Below are positions 61,774-64,000 of a stretch of 64,000 bases of DNA, in pieces. A model generated the notes under the pieces. That model searched no databases. It was not told where the DNA came from and saw only the letters and a list, made by a program, of their open reading frames with translations. Source of the stretch: Isurus oxyrinchus (taxonomy: Eukaryota); contig JANJGN010000121.1 of NCBI GenBank assembly GCA_026770705.1, positions 1,116,001 through 1,180,000 of the forward strand, read 5' to 3'. Made by a program: the position numbers and the translations under genes. Within the stretch, counting starts at the first letter, position 1; each line of letters opens with the position of its first letter.

Positions 61774-62274
61774 CTCTTGTCTGAATGCTCTCGAGAGATC
61801 AGAACTGCTTTTAGAGAATATCTTCACAGACAAATTTGATTCTCTGTGGGATGATTGGTGCTCTGCAGAGAATTACAAGGCTTTCAGAAAGAAAAACAAT
61901 GAAGGACTTGCATTTCTATAGCACCTTTCACCACCTCAGGATGTCCCCAAGCTCATGTACCTTGAGCTAGAAAGATGTTCTGTACAACAGACTTGAGTCT
62001 CACACCCAGATCTCAATAATCAGTAGAAATCTTTCAAAGGCATCAATCATTGGAATCTGTCTTTATAAAGTCACAACATCAACAAAGGACGGTGTTGGTG
62101 GTGGAAGTGAATTCCAATCGTTCCGTTACTTACCCAGGACCTGTCCGACTGCTCGCCTGGGGAGGAACTGCCCACACGCTCTGTTTGGGCTGAATGACCT
62201 CTTCCTGTGCTGCTCCCTCTGTGTGTTTAATTAGAAAGGGTTGATGTGTCTCTGTGAGTCAAAATGAGGAAGTT
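61774..62274 (-). promoter_or_regulatory. S4 leader: UTR exon 2 (61774-61862), exon 1 (donor 62134), AP-1 TGAGTCA (62255-62261) next to a PU.1-type site (62261-62274)
   Basis: Paralogous leader cassette; motif matches by eye. Confidence 0.7.
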
Positions 62275-62329
62275 GGAACAAAGTGAGAGAACAGCACTTT
62301 GCTGTGCACTGTCAGTAAACCCTGTGTCT

Positions 62330-62790
62330 GTATAAGAATATAAGAACAGAACAAGTAGGATCAGCTGGACACCCTGACATTTCCCCTCCTTATATTCCAT
62401 CCACTCATTTTTTTACCCACTCTTTGAAACTATTTATCTCCCTCTGCAGCCTCTTTGTGTCCTCCTCACAACTTGCTTTCCTGCCCAGCTGATATATTTC
62501 CTACCTATCTTCACCATACAGTCAGAAAATCTGCCTACAGTACAGTCAGTCCCTTCATCCAAGTCACTAATGTAGATAGTGAATAGTTGAGGCCTCAGCA
62601 CTGATCCCTGTGGCTCTCCACTAGTTACAGTTAACCAAGCTGAAAATCACCCATTTATCCTGGCTCTCTGTTTCCTGTCAGTTCGCCAGTCCTCTATCCA
62701 TATTAATATATCCCCCCCAACACCATCCAATTTCACCCTGTGCAGTATCCTTTGATGTGGCACCTTAACGAATGCCTTTTGGAAATCCAG
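62330..62790 (-). mobile_element. CR1 fragment
   Basis: ACTGATCCCTGTGG and GCCTTTTGGAAATCCA match the CR1 at 34770-34960. Confidence 0.7.
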
Positions 62791-63339
62791 TGTCATGAAG
62801 ATATATTTGTGTGTAACGTGTGCTTGGAAATAATATCTTCAAATAGAATTCTAGTGGTGGTCCATGTATAGGTGTGTGTCTGGGTGTGTCTTAATTGGAT
62901 TAAAGCCAGCTGGTCTGTGTGCTTTGATGTTTAGTAGTTTTGAGATGTTAATTGGGTGAATTGTGAGGAGAACAGTAAATTGTTCATTTGCAATTGTTGA
63001 ATAAACCATTCAAGACTGGGGGTAAAATCTTGCACCTAGTTAGAAGGAGCCAAAAGATGTGTTTTTTCTTGAACTTACTAATGAAATTGGTGCTATGAAA
63101 GGGGGTTTTATTGTTAGAAGAGCTGGAGTTCAGAAGACCTAGTGATACAATGGAAAATTTACATTCAAAGGGAAAGCTAGCTATATAAAGGAAGGAGTTT
63201 GTGTGTGTGAGGCAGGAGCATTTCAGACCTAACCAGCCTGTAGCCTCCAACCAACTTGCAAAGGAACCTCATTCGGAATTCGTAATGTCAAATGTGCTTT
63301 GCCTGGTGTCTATATTATGTCAATGGTTTTATCCCTAAT

Positions 63340-64000
63340 TACCTAGAGAAGGTGGTGGTGAGCTGCCTTCCTGACCCTCTGCACTCCATGTGGTGTAGGT
63401 ACACCCACAATGCAGTTAGAGAAGGAAGTCCAAGATTTTGACCAAGTGGCAGTGAAGGGACGGCGATATATTTCAAAATCAGGATGATGTGTGGATTGGA
63501 GGGGAACTTCCAGGTGGTGCTGTTCCCCTATGCCTGCTGCCCTTGTCCTTCTCGATGGTAGAGGTCGTGGGTTTGGAAGGTGCTGTTGAAGGAACCTTGC
63601 TGAGTTGCTGAAGTTCATGTTGTAGATGGGACACACTGCTGCCACTGTGCATTGACGATGGAGGGAGTGAGTGTTGCTGTGGTTGAGGGACAGCCAATCA
63701 AGCGGGGCTGCTTTGTCCAGGGTGGTGTCGGGCTTCTTGAGTGTTGTTGGAGCTGCACTCATCCAGGCAAGTGGAGAGTATTCCATTCACACTCCTGCCT
63801 TGTGCTATGTCGATGAAGGACAGGATTTGAGGAGTCAGGAGGTGAGTTACTCACCGCAGGATTCCCAGCCTCTGAGCTGCTCTTGTAGCCACAATGTTTA
63901 TGTGGCTGACCCAGTTCAGATTCTCGTCAATGGAAACCCCCAGGCTTTTGATATTCGGGGATTCAGTGATGGTGCTGCCATTGAATATCAAGGAGAGATG
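63340..64000 (-). mobile_element. LINE RT C-terminal fragment
   Basis: MEYSPLAWMSAAPTTLKKPDT; same family as 41940-43000. Confidence 0.85.

Overview
Vertebrate genomic DNA, most likely a cartilaginous fish (inferred from the repeat repertoire: a 33-bp CAGCACTCCCTCAGTACTGACC minisatellite, CR1/L2 LINEs, a Penelope element). The window is a tandem cluster of intron-containing Siglec-type (sialic-acid-binding Ig-like lectin, CD33/CD22/MAG-like) receptor genes, all on the minus strand. The ORF track only shows fragments, so exons were defined by hand from GT/AG sites and phase. S4 (62.2-44.2 kb) is a complete inhibitory receptor of about 1065 aa: signal peptide, V-set with the essential Arg, C2, a 31-aa mini-exon, 7 near-identical C2 repeats, a neutral TM and an ITIM+ITSM tail. 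S3 (33.6-29.5 kb) is an orphan module with a dead C2 exon, a TM exon and a triple-YxN/ITAM-like tail, interrupted by a stray promoter copy. S2 (27.2-8.2 kb) is a chimeric short-tailed receptor with two promoter/leader cassettes and two tandem V domains; one lacks the Arg and the other is almost identical to the S4 V. S1 (5.2 kb to the left edge) is the 5' end of a further paralog. Together this looks like a fast-evolving paired inhibitory/non-inhibitory receptor system with exon shuffling and an expandable Ig stalk. Introns are full of CR1/L2/Gypsy/Penelope remnants and minisatellites, and there are two assembly gaps. No expression data or database search was available, so splicing models are predictions.
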